Part shown: piece after piece, positions 40,195-52,040 of the stretch
Layout: every line of letters starts with the position of its first letter
Position numbering within the stretch: the stretch's first letter is position 1
NCBI GenBank assembly: GCA_003427395.1
Contig: BFEA01000011.1
Coordinates: forward strand, 1,135,912 to 1,199,911
Direction of reading: 5' to 3'
Length of the DNA stretch: 64,000 nucleotides
From: Chara braunii
Lineage: Eukaryota; Plantae; Charophyceae
Program-made: the position numbers and the translations under genes
Notes under the pieces: generated by a model
Databases searched by the model: none
Told to the model about the DNA's origin: nothing
Seen by the model: the letters and a program-made list of their open reading frames with translations, nothing else

Positions 40195-40210
40195 GGCAAG
40201 GCGGATCGAC

Positions 40211-40492
40211 TCATACCCTACTCCTAGCTTCCGCTACCGTCTCATCAAAAAACAACTCTGCGCGTAAAGACCCGACGGACCATACCATCACCTCATACGT
40301 TATCTTAGTTTGGAAGGTTACGCATTCGAGAACTTCTGGTCTGTACTCTCGAATAAATTCTCGGGCTTGTAGAAAGTTCCCCTACTCTGTCAGGTTGTCG
40401 TCTATGTGCGCTCTGAGTAGGACAGTAATCGTGAAACCTTCGTTCACTAATTGCCTGCTTACATTAATCCCCGTAGTCGTCCGACCTGGCAT
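40211..40492 (-). pseudogene. Accessory ORF (~93 codons, one premature TAG)
   Basis: MPGRTTTGINVSRQLVNEGFTITVLLRAHIDDNLTE*GNFLQAREF...EARSRV*; ATG 8 nt after the P3 stop. Confidence 0.5.
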
Positions 40493-40500
40493 CCGTTCTG

Positions 40501-41157
40501 CTAACTATGCACAAACAAGTATCTCAGTTCCTCCAGCCCGACGTACTTGTCCTCTACGGGCCTACGACAATAGTAAATCAGATCCGCAGGTCTCAAACAA
40601 TCTACCCAACAGGTAGCGTCGATCAAGTCTCTCCGCGTCTCCTCATCCGGGGGTCCCCACCCTACGCAGACCGCGTAGTATGCCTCTCAGAATCGAGGCG
40701 CTAGTCCCAACTAGAGCGCGTGCAGAGTATGGTTGACTGCTTTCGTCAAGCAGTCTACACTCCCGTAAGTTTGTTCTATGACAAACGTGGGTAAGACCAT
40801 CCGCCAGCTCTCTACTGGATGGTAAATCAAGTGAGGAGGGCCGATCACAACTCGGGCGGTGAAAGGTCTGTCTCTCGCAATGCACGCCAGTCGTCGTCTC
40901 ACTATCGCCTCTGGTAAGGCCTCATATCTCCACCAGGCTCTGCTAACACCTGCAAGTGTCAGCTCTATCTCTATATCCCGTGTCTCATCAAACACAAGAT
41001 GTCCTATTCCCTCCAATCGTCGGGGAAATTCGAACCCTCTATCCTCTGTAATCACTGTCCACAAGAAAACCCCTGCCGCCAGCCAAGTGCCGTAATGTTG
41101 AATCGGCACACAAGCTACTTCCTCTAAGCGTATCGGGAGTGGCACATCGTATCCCAC
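40501..41157 (-). pseudogene. Accessory ORF P3 (paralog of P1/P2)
   Basis: ORF 41157-40711 reads through two stops to 40501; GIGHLVFD..., VLPTFVIEQ and YYAVCVGWGPPDEETRRDLID align with AIGHIYYS..., RLPAFVVEE and EYAQFIGGPLTGERGLQLIE of P2. Confidence 0.65.
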
Positions 41158-41399
41158 TGCCGTCTCTAAGTCCTACCAGTTTTCTCGCCCTATAAGATTC
41201 CGATCCACGTGTCAATACATATGCCAACCATACATCCACATCACTCCTCATCACACCATTCACCTCTTTCTCTCTCCTTCCAGCTCACTCATACTCATCA
41301 AACTGCGCTAGTCCCTCACGGCGTCTGCCATATCCACATCTCCATCCTCATCTACCCCCTGTCTCCAAGGGATAGCCTCCTGTCCCTCGGCTTGAGGAA

Positions 41400-42964
41400 C
41401 TGTGTATCTTTTGAACGCCGAATGGGCGGAATTCAACGCCCGTTCATCTGTTCAACGGGCCCCTGGACCTCCGTTGAATCGCGTTTAATGTGAAAACGGG
41501 GGCGTCGCGTCGAATTCCGAAAAGCGGAATTCGACCGTTGGGCCTCGGACAAGTAGATCTATGGGCCAGAACACTAAAAACAGTAAAAAAAATAAAAAAA
41601 AGTTGACCCCTATCAACAGTGTGGGGTCGCCAAACTTGCCCATCCCTTTCGAAAATCGAACTCCAAACGAACCCATTCAGTCTTTTTTTTTTTTTTTTTT
41701 TTTTTTTTAGAGTTGCCCCCCCCGACGATCGGCAGCTCATGCCCTGTCTCTTATACACATCTAGATGTGTATAAGAGANNNNNNNNNNNNNNNNNNNNNN
41801 NNNNNNNNNNNNNNNNNNNNNNNNNNNNNNNNNNNNNNNNNNNNNNNNNNNNNNNNNNNNNNNNNNNNNNNNNNNNNNNNNNNNNNNNNNNNNNNNNNNN
41901 NNNNNNNNNNNNNNNNNNNNNNNNNNNNNNNNNNNNNNNNNNNNNNNNNNNNNNNNNNNNNNNNNNNNNNNNNNNNNNNNNNNNNNNNNNNNNNNNNNNN
42001 NNNNNNNNNNNNNNNNNNNNNNNNNNNNNNNNNNNNNNNNNNNNNNNNNNNNNNNNNNNNNNNNNNNNNNNNNNNNNNNNNNNNNNNNNNNNNNNNNNNN
42101 NNNNNNNNNNNNNNNNNNNNNNNNNNNNNNNNNNNNNNNNNNNNNNNNNNNNNNNNNNNNNNNNNNNNNNNNNNNNNNNNNNNNNNNNNNNNNNNNNNNN
42201 NNNNNNNNNNNNNNNNNNNNNNNNNNNNNNNNNNNNNNNNNNNNNNNNNNNNNNNNNNNNNNNNNNNNNNNNNNNNNNNNNNNNNNNNNNNNNNNNNNNN
42301 NNNNNNNNNNNNNNNNNNNNNNNNNNNNNNNNNNNNNNNNNNNNNNNNNNNNNNNNNNNNNNNNNNNNNNNNNNNNNNNNNNNNNNNNNNNNNNNNNNNN
42401 NNNNNNNNNNNNNNNNNNNNNNNNNNNNNNNNNNNNNNNNNNNNNNNNNNNNNNNNNNNNNNNNNNNNNNNNNNNNNNNNNNNNNNNNNNNNNNNNNNNN
42501 NNNNNNNNNNNNNNNNNNNNNNNNNNNNNNNNNNNNNNNNNNNNNNNNNNNNNNNNNNNNNNNNNNNNNNNNNNNNNNNNNNNNNNNNNNNNNNNNNNNN
42601 NNNNNNNNNNNNNNNNNNNNNNNNNNNNNNNNNNNNNNNNNNNNNNNNNNNNNNNNNNNNNNNNNNNNNNNNNNNNNNNNNNNNNNNNNNNNNNNNNNNN
42701 NNNNNNNGCGCGGGTTTTTTATTTTTTGTTTTAACAAAAAAAAAAAAAAAAAAAAGGAATCCATGGGGTGGTACCCAACAACACGCACTACCACCCCACA
42801 CCTTTGGAAAACCCCTACCCCCCGCCCCAAACACGCAGAACTTGGGTTCGCGGACCCCGTTTATTCGCGTCCAACGCGCGTTTTAACGGGGATTGAACGT
42901 GAATTCAACGCGCGTTCAGTTTTTCAACGCGGAACCCGCGTTGAATCCAGTTTCGGACACACAG
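41400..42964. mobile_element. MITE, hAT-like (contains an assembly gap)
   Basis: Termini CTGTGT...ACACAG; 8-bp TSD TTGAGGAA / CTGAGGAA; TTCAACGC/GTTGAA subterminal motifs. Confidence 0.8.
41744..41778. other. Nextera mate-pair junction adapter (assembly artifact)
   Basis: CTGTCTCTTATACACATCT+AGATGTGTATAAGAGA (Tn5 mosaic ends back to back) at a contig end. Confidence 0.98.
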
Positions 42965-44127
42965 CTGAGGAAGATGTCCTCAGCCGTCCTCCAGCTGCGC
43001 CTCTCTATCGGCCAACTCTAAATCTCCCCAGCCCTGGTCCCGGTCGCCCCAAGGCTTTACCTCATCTAAGTCCTCTCACTCTCTATCCTCGGCGCACCAC
43101 CCAAGGTCGTCGGTGTCCGGGTACAGTCGTTGATAATGCTCCTCAACCTCCCAACTTGGAATGAGCTGGCTCGGTCTCCCCTCGCGAGCCTCAGCGAATA
43201 GCTCCCCCACTCCAGCTAGATAAACTGCAGGTCTCTACGCCTCTCTCTCTAGCGCGGTCCAGAAGTCTAGGGGCTGGTATGGATAAAAGGACTCCTGGTC
43301 TCCTGAGGGTGCTAGAGCCCGTATAAACTCTATAAGCTGGAGTCCTCTCTCCCCCGTAAGGGGTCCTCCGATAAACTGTGCGTACTCAATCCAATCACTG
43401 TCCTCTAAACCCTCTCCTCAATCCGTCCAACTCAGACTAGCAAAATACGTCTGAGTGATGTGGGTCAGAGCCCAGAGCTCCTCCACTACAAATGCAGGAA
43501 GCCTCACTCGCAGTCGCACAGAGGGGAACGGGAAGGCTCCTCCGATCCGGAGGGTCGTCCTCGTCGCCCTAACTGAACCATGCAATCCCTCAGTATCAGC
43601 ACGGACGCTATCTACCTGACCGGATAAAATCGCCCTAGCCTCCTGCTCACAGCGCCAAAACCTATGCGCCAATCCCTCAAAATATATCGTGGCCCTCACC
43701 GAGTACGAGTAATAAATATGTCCTATAGCCTCGATACTCGTCGTCCCCGACGCTTGCCAGTGTTGACTGTCCAGCTCGTAGGTCTCAACCACGTACGCCT
43801 ACAGGTGTACGTCTGGCCCCAATCGTATCGATCTCCAAACGCTATAAAGCCTAGGCTCAGCTACGCTCCTGGCCGGTAGATCGAACTTTAGCACGTCGGG
43901 CACCACGGTCTCAGGGGGCCTAGGCCATCTAGCACTACCGATCGGGAGCTCCACTCTTTCGACCTGATCTATCATCGGATCGCGCTTTGCTGCCAGCCGA
44001 CACCAATGGCTAAGCCCACTCAATCACTATTCCTAGCACGTCTCCTCTGCGCACCGTCTCCTAAGTCCGGACGGTAACCCCTATCCTGGGAAAGTGGGCG
44101 TCGGTAACGTCAATCTCCTCCTCCGAC

Positions 44128-44480
44128 TCAGTGCTCTCGCTCTCGGAGCCGATCAGGCTCCAAGGCCTCCTCGTCAGTGTCCCTGTCCCACCCCTCGTCG
44201 TCGAACTTGTCCTCTACGAGGTATGGTGGAAGACCTATGGCCAGATAATAATCCGTCAACTGATACTCAGGTATCAGTGTCCTAATCTCGTCACTCCACC
44301 TGCTCCACCAATTGTCCAAAAAGAGGAGGCATATACACTTAATGTACTCGGGCCCTGCTCGGAGCTCTCGGTCCAACAAGTCCCAAGCGTACGAGGGAGT
44401 CCCCCACTGGAAATCAGCCCCGTGTGGTGCTATCGAACGCATCAACTCCACGAGCTGCACCCTCTCGTCTCGCCTACCTA
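44128..44480 (-). pseudogene. Accessory ORF P1, C-terminal half
   Basis: ERVQLVELMRSIAPHG...YAWDLLDREL...EYIKCICLLF aligns with ERGLQLIEFIRALAPSG...DFWTALEREA...VYLAGVGELF of P2; lacks the N-terminal half found at 2394-3084. Confidence 0.65.
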
Positions 44481-44482
44481 AC

Positions 44483-46419
44483 GTACTGGGTCTTTGGGAA
44501 TGCCAACTTTGTCTTCTTCTACTCGGCCTCGAGTATCAGGCACGTCCACCTCCACTTGGTATGACACAGGCCTAACTGCTACCTGAGTGTTTTCCTGCTG
44601 CAGCCCTCCAAGCCGTGGCCATAGGTAAACACCGTCGTGTCGGGCCGCTCAAACAATCAGGTGTCCCTACGGGACACACGCACAGACTCGCGGGTCACAC
44701 ACACGCCCAAGCCGACACGCATGCAGACCGGCATGCGTACACACACATAGACTTGGAAACAGACTCGGGCCACTAAGTGGGCTGAGCCCCCCCCCCGATC
44801 CTTTATATGTACTTGAGCTGCTCCCTTCCTAACCAGAATAGGAGCTAACTCAGTTGGTTTAGGTGCAGTTTGTTAGCGAAGGGTGCAGGGAACAAGTCCA
44901 CCCGACCCCTGAGTTATCTCATTTTGCAAGGAGCTCCTCAACGTTTTTCACCCGGGCTCAGTCAGCCAGGACTTGAACCCATGACCTCGAGAATGGGGTT
45001 AGCCGAGGTTAGACCCCGTTGTGATAGTTGGCACGACGGGGTAGTTAGCAGTTAAAATTTTCTTTTGTCTGTTTATTTATTAGTTAGATTTGATTTTTTT
45101 TTATTAGATTTCTATTATTTCATTATTATTATTATTATTATTATTATTCGTTTAGTTTTCCGATCCCGTAGCAAGACCCCACATACTCACCTTAGTGAAT
45201 CTGCACTAGATAAACGGGCAGATTCACTCTCACAAAATTTTGTTGTACTTCGAAAACGGCGTCCGAATGTCCGATCCGCGTACTCAGGCGGAGCACTCGT
45301 GTGTAGCAGCGCACGGGCAAAGAAACTCGCGAGGAGGGCAGCGCGCGGGAGTGCGCGCAGAGGTCGAGCGAGCGCGGGGGTAACATAGGTCGGCAAAAAG
45401 TGTGCATAAGCGAGCGCAGACAGAAGGGAGGGGCAAGGCGAATGCGGTCTCTAGAGTGAAAGAGAGAGAGCGTGAGGAGAGAAGAAGAAGAAAAGAAGAA
45501 GAAGAAGAAGAAGAAGAAGAAGAAGGGAGAAGGAGAAAAAGGAAGTAGAAGGAGGAGGGAAGAAGAAGAAGAAGAAGAGGGAGAAGGGAAGGGGATCCGA
45601 CGCGACGGGAAAGATCGTTGTAATTTTCGATCTTGAATGAGGATTGCCTAGTAAGCGCGAGACAAATCAGCTCGCGCTGATTACGCCCCTGCCCTTTGTA
45701 CATACCTACGTCGCTCCTACCGATTGAATGCTCCAGTGAAGTGTCTGGATTGCGGTGATCCCGGCGGTTGCCGCCGGGGGTGCATTGAAAAGTTCGTGAA
45801 ACCTTATCACGAAGAAGATGAAGAGGAAGGAGAAAGCGAGGGGATGCTTACTTGGCGACAGACGACGAAGACGACGGACTGACGACGAAGACAGGCTGAC
45901 GGCGACGACGGGTGGACGACGACAACAACGAAGCAATAGAGAGAGAACAGGTAGGCCTCCTACCACGAGATTTACTTTCTTAAACCAAAGGGAATAAATC
46001 TACCGATAGAACACGGAAACGTACATCACTACGTACGTGCGTGCATATACGTGGGTGCGTGCATGCGTATGCGTGAGTGTATGTGTATGTATATGTGTGT
46101 GTGAAGTAGGTGTGTAAGTGTTCCACCCCACGACGGACCTCACGATACTTTCACCGATAGGATGCACGAAAATTAGTGAATCTACCGCTAGAACATGGAA
46201 ATATACACTACTACACGTACAAATATGTGTGTGTGTGTGTGTGTGTGCGTGTGTGTGTGTGTATGAAAGAGGGAGAGGGATTGAGAGACCCTTACATGTT
46301 CGTCACTGGTCTCAATCGCAGCGGTCGGGCGATCAGCCCGAACACAATGCACCCCCCCCTTTGTCGACTGTATCGGACCAGAAAATGGCGAATATACGTT
46401 CATTATCTATTATTATTAC

Positions 46420-46455
<36 letters not shown>

Positions 46456-48720
46456 TATTATTATTATAGCGACTTGACATTAGCTACGGGCGTTGGTATG
46501 GTGTGCCAGAAAATGAGAATGGTAGCGGACGCAAGTAGGAAGATGGAGAGCGGGAGACATACGAGATAGCGCATGGGGGTAAACAGGAAAGACAGCGGGA
46601 GGAAGATGGTGACGTGCGCAGACGAGGGAGAGTGTGCGCACGAGGAGAGAAAGAGTAGGAGAAGAGAGTGGGCGAGCGGAATGACTAGCGCAGCGAGAGG
46701 AAGGAGGAATGCGCGATGCTAAGAAGAGTATGCGCGGTTGATGCGCAGAGGAAGAAGTGACAAACGCGCAGAGAAGAAGGATGATTGTGCCAACAAGAGG
46801 GAGGTGACCTCGGTCTAGGAGACAGCCACGAGGAGAGGAGAATAACATAGGAGAAGTAGAGGTAGAAGAAGAAGAAGGAGAAGAAGAAATAGAAGGAGGA
46901 GGAGAGAGATCGGAGAGGGAAAGAGAACAAGGAGGAGAGAGATCGGAGAGGGAAAGAAAGGGAGGAAGAGGGAGATCAGAGAGAGAGAAAGAGAGGGAGA
47001 TCAGAGAGAGAGAGAGGGAGAGAGAGAGAGTTCTTCTTATCCCTCTTCCAACTCCACCATCTCTTCCTCACCCTCTCGCTACCTAATTTCTCAGTACCTG
47101 CAGACTACGAGACAGGGAGAGATTCGTGACTTTGGGACTTGACGACATTTGGACTCAGACTCGACATTTGGATTGAGACATCGGACAAGGGATTATTTGG
47201 ACCTGTATCGAAGACTTGGTGTTGACGACATTCCCATCTATCCCCTCTTCTTCATCTATCCCCTCTTCTTCATCTATCCCCTCTTCTTCGTCTGATCCCC
47301 TCTTCTTCGTCTGATCCCCTCATCTTCGTCTGATTCCCTTCCTCTTCGTCTGTGTATGGCAAGACACGCGCATTCTTCCTGTGTAAGTGCCTGGCCCTTC
47401 ACACCATAGGACGATGATGATGCATGTTGGGGGCTGCACTGCAATATTGATTGTTCGAATCTTTGGTATCTAAGTCTCCCGCTGCGCTATCTTGTAGTGT
47501 GTATGAGAGGTCGGATCTTGTTCTGGTGTGCACCTTTACAATATCAAACATTGTGTGTGTGTGTGTGTGTGTGTGTCAGAGAGAGAGAGAGAGAGATTTC
47601 TTCTTCTTCCTCCTCTAAGTCCATCCTCTCTCCCTCACCCTCTCGCTGCCTGACCTCTCTGCTTCTATGGACTAAAAGAGAGAGAGAGGTCATACGAGCA
47701 TTGTACGAGACAAGAAGCCCAGGTGTGGCTGTTTCGTGTGCAAGGGTGCCGGGGTAGGGAGAGATTAGAAAGCTCATCGATATTGTGCGAGGCAAGAAGA
47801 CTAGCTGTGACCCCATTCTCAATTTCGGTAGGTGGTCGTTGCACAGTGGCCAAATCTTCTTCTCTGGATCGTCCCAAGTCATGAAGGACTGTTTGTTCCT
47901 TTGTGTGTTGTGTCGTTGATTTCGTGTTCCTACCCTGTCAGTTTCGTTTTGCTATGGGGCCGGCGGATCATGTTGCTGGTGGAGATTGGCTCGCATTTGG
48001 CATTTGCGAGCGCGCTCGTGCATGTGAGTGTGTGTGTGTGGGAGANAAAGAGAGAGAGAGATGGGGTACACGTGGCGGCTGTGTGTTAAGGGCAAGGCTG
48101 TGAACGATACAATAGACATACCTGATGTTCAAGAAGAACGACATCGATCGCTGTATGCCATACTACGGGAGAGCAGTTGTCATCACCTATGGTGTCGTAG
48201 TGTAAGACTAGATAGGATCTGCCACCTGTGGTCTAGGCACCAAGCGCCAGGTAGGACGTCGACATTGGTTCTTTGATAATGGTGATGAGACTATCCCAGC
48301 GTTGTCAATACTGAGTTTTACTGTGTTCCTACTAAGTGTGAGTGAGGGATCGAGTTTGAAAGTGATACAAGAAACGTATCTGGTGCTCAAGGCGAACGAC
48401 ACCAGCCGATATCTCCTTGAACCCCGGGAAAGCGGCTGGCGTCATCAGTGACATTGTAGGATGGCTAAATAGGACCTATCATCTGTAGTTCGGGCATTGA
48501 GCTCCGGATAGGATATCAACAGTGGTTATTTGTCGATAATAATGATGAGGCTATTTCAACATTGTTGATTATGAGTTTTTGGCGTGCTCTTATTTAGTGA
48601 AACTCGTGAAGCAATTATGCTGTTGGTTTGAGGTCACGGCTATCTGGTCGCACGTGTAGGATGTTGTTTGATATCTGAAGTTCGCTATCACTCATCTTCT
48701 TTACAATATTTTATTACTAT

Positions 48721-48806
<86 letters not shown>

Positions 48807-49321
48807 GATTGTCATTATTATTGCAGCCACCTGTAGCGTGGGTCTGTCTGGATTTCGCTATTGATCGTCTTTCGTGCGCTGACTGTCATCATCTCGGCAG
48901 TTTAGTAGTAGGCTAGAATAGGACCTTCAACCTGTAAGTCGGATGACAAGCCAGGGGGGATATCGACATTGTGATGATGATGATGATGATGATGATAATG
49001 TGAGGGCACTCACCTTGTATTGGTAATGGTCTGCATTTGTCGCTGATGTCGACAGTTGCATTGTCTTTTTGTAGCCTGTAGTAACTGTGTAGGAGTAGGA
49101 TAAGCGCTGAGCGCCAAGTGTGAGTATGAATGAACTAAACTCTTATGATGAGAGGAGAGAGCATGCTCTCCATGGACAATGGTTTTCAGTGCTACGAACC
49201 TCCAGTAGTGTATTATTAGTGCAAGGCTGCTCTCTGGACATGGTGTAACTATCTGGCTTTGAATATGTTGGTGTAATCTGGAAGTGTCATCTCGCTGTTG
49301 CTATTTTTCCCGGTATTATTA

Positions 49322-49383
<62 letters not shown>

Positions 49384-52004
49384 GTTAAATGCAAGGTAGT
49401 TCTCGGGCTAGCGTGGCATTTGTGAATAGGGGAACGAGGTTGTGAGTGAGGAGAAAAACGTACCTGGTGGAGAGGAGGCCGACATTGGTGTTGACATCAT
49501 CACTCGCTGATAGTCAAGTTGTCTGGTTGCTGTCATACTGCAGTTGTAGTGATAGGCTGTAGAGTAGATAGGGCGCCTGACGCCATTCAGAAGAGAGAGA
49601 GCTACATTAGGTTATGCTGTTGGTATTGCCCTGTTGAGCTTGGAAATTGACTCACGATTCTTCTGTATCATTCTCAAATGGATGGTTACTCGGTTCCATT
49701 GTGCTATCTGCTCTTGCTTTGACTACTCAGACTTCAGTGTGATTTTGCAACTTGGATTTTTGTGCTTCATCCACATTCATGTTCCTTGCATTTTTTTTAT
49801 TTTTTTTTTTAATTATTATTATTATTATTATTAGACTCATTTCATTTACACTTTTCATGTATGTAAACAGCAGCACAGCAAACCGGCGACATGCGCTCAC
49901 TCATATGCGCAGAGATATGGCTTCCGGATAAGAGTTCACTTCCACTAGCTATGGCGACTCACCAACTCACTGTTTACACACGCAGGATCACCTTGGATAC
50001 CCCGCACGCACGCAGTGAGACGTACGCGCGGTCATGATGAGATATGGTACCCATACAGTGCGCAGTCACATACAGTGGGCTCAATCTCACACGTTTGTGC
50101 ACATTCACACACGGTGTGCATAGTCATACACGGGAAATACACAAACAAACAGTGGTACACAACAAGCTACAAGTGGAACAAACCCAGACACTGTGACATA
50201 CACAGTCACAGTGGGACAGACACAAACTGTGACACACACGAGCATGCACCGTGACACAAAGACAGGGTAACGCACACACAAAGAGAGACATACAACACAT
50301 ACACTATGACACAGTGATACACGTTGTGACGCGCACGGTTGCGCCATGACCTACAGATGCATAGTGACGCTGTCACATACACCGCGTCACATACAGTGTG
50401 CACAGTTATACACGGAGGTACACGGTCGCCCATATACCCGGTGACACGACTGTATGCAGTAACGCAACTGCACAGGGCGATATGGGCGTACACAATGATA
50501 CGGTCACGCACGCTGTAACGCAGATGCAGTCACACTGGGACACGAGCATGGTCACACGCCACTTCGACTTCGGGCCTGCTACACACTTCCTCGCACAAGA
50601 TGCTGAAACGGCGCTTCCGCATGGTTTCTGCAGGAAAGGAATGAGTGGTTGTGCTCGGCCTCTTGATTTATATTTCTGTGACCCGTTGGTATGCTCTGTT
50701 TCCGTGGCCCACGGTGTACACAGTCCCAGACGCTACTTGCTTGACTCGACCGGACTGACAGGACTGGTACAACTGACTCTGCAAGGTGGGACGCACATAT
50801 ACCTTGTGACAAACTCGCAGACAGTGACAATCACAAGGACCCAGCGAAATACAGTCACACAGAAACTGTGACACAGTGCACTGTCACGGTGCACAGGCTT
50901 TACGCAGCCACACGTAGACTGTGATACGCTGCCGACACAGACGCAATCACTCTGTGACACGTGCGCATACACAGATACCGTGTGACATATACGAAGTACC
51001 GTGGCGATCACACAGTCACACGCACAGGTACTCAGTGACACACTAACGCTGTGGGACATACACACTACACTCTACCAGCTACGGTCGTTGCCGCCTACTA
51101 CAGCTATGGCTAAGCTCTATCCTTCAGCCCACTTCAACCACGGGAATCTGCAGACCACCTTGTACAGCAACGCTTCCGCATGGCTCGCGTGGCAAAATCA
51201 ATGAATGGTCGGACGCTGCTCCCTTGATTTATACTTTTGATTCGTTGTTGGCCTGCCCTTTTTCACTAGGCCCTTGTGCACACAGTCCCACATGGCACTT
51301 GTTGACTGAGCTAAGAGGAACTGGGACTGGGTACGGCGGACTTGGCAAGGGTAGACTCACCCCATGCTCACTTACCTCTGGTCTACTGTGCGCAACGTTC
51401 AAAGAGACTACTTTGGACCTCCCGGAAGTCTGTGGATCCGGCTTTTGGAACTGCAGCGGTTACGACTTTACCTTCCACCGTCACACTGTGATGGACGCAC
51501 AAACGCAGTGAAAAATATACGGTGACACTCAGGTACACAATGATACAAACACACAACTACACGTGCACGGACATATGGATACACAGTCACGGTAGCATGA
51601 CATCAACGACGTACACAGATACGGTGATATAGGCCAACCCCGTGACACTTACACAAACATTGTGACGATCGTACATACACAATGACATACCTACACAGAT
51701 ACACTAGGGCACTGGGCGCCCAACAGAAAGGAGCAACCTAGAATGATGTGTTAATGTGGCCCATGGGCACGAGTATTAGATCATTACTTCTTTATGGTGC
51801 CCTTTTTGACGAATTCTGGCGGCTACTGCGCCCTGCCTTTACATCTCTATTCGGACATCTGTGTGATTTCGCAACTTGGTTTTTTGTATATCGCCACGCT
51901 CGTATGCCTCGCAATTATTATTATTATGGTTATTATTGCTATTATTATTTATTATTATCGTTATTATTGTTATTTTATTATTATTAATTTTATCATTATT
52001 ATTA

Positions 52005-52040
<36 letters not shown>

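Larger units (their letters stand above)
41308..44023 (-). pseudogene. Accessory ORF P2 (~380 codons), interrupted by a MITE at 41400-42964
   Basis: ORFs 44023-43799 and 43792-43418 and downstream sequence share one frame through isolated stops; the frame is preserved when the MITE and one TSD copy are removed; acidic C-terminus. Confidence 0.7.

Noticed and set aside
26051-43164. Long ORFs at 26051-27016 and 41713-43164
   Set aside because: They run through N gaps; PVSYTHLDVYKR is the translated Nextera adapter.
44955-44995. tRNA/SINE-like B-box GGTTCAAGTCC on the minus strand (another near 23870)
   Set aside because: No convincing A-box, cloverleaf, tail or TSD; the homolog at ~13333 has lost the motif.
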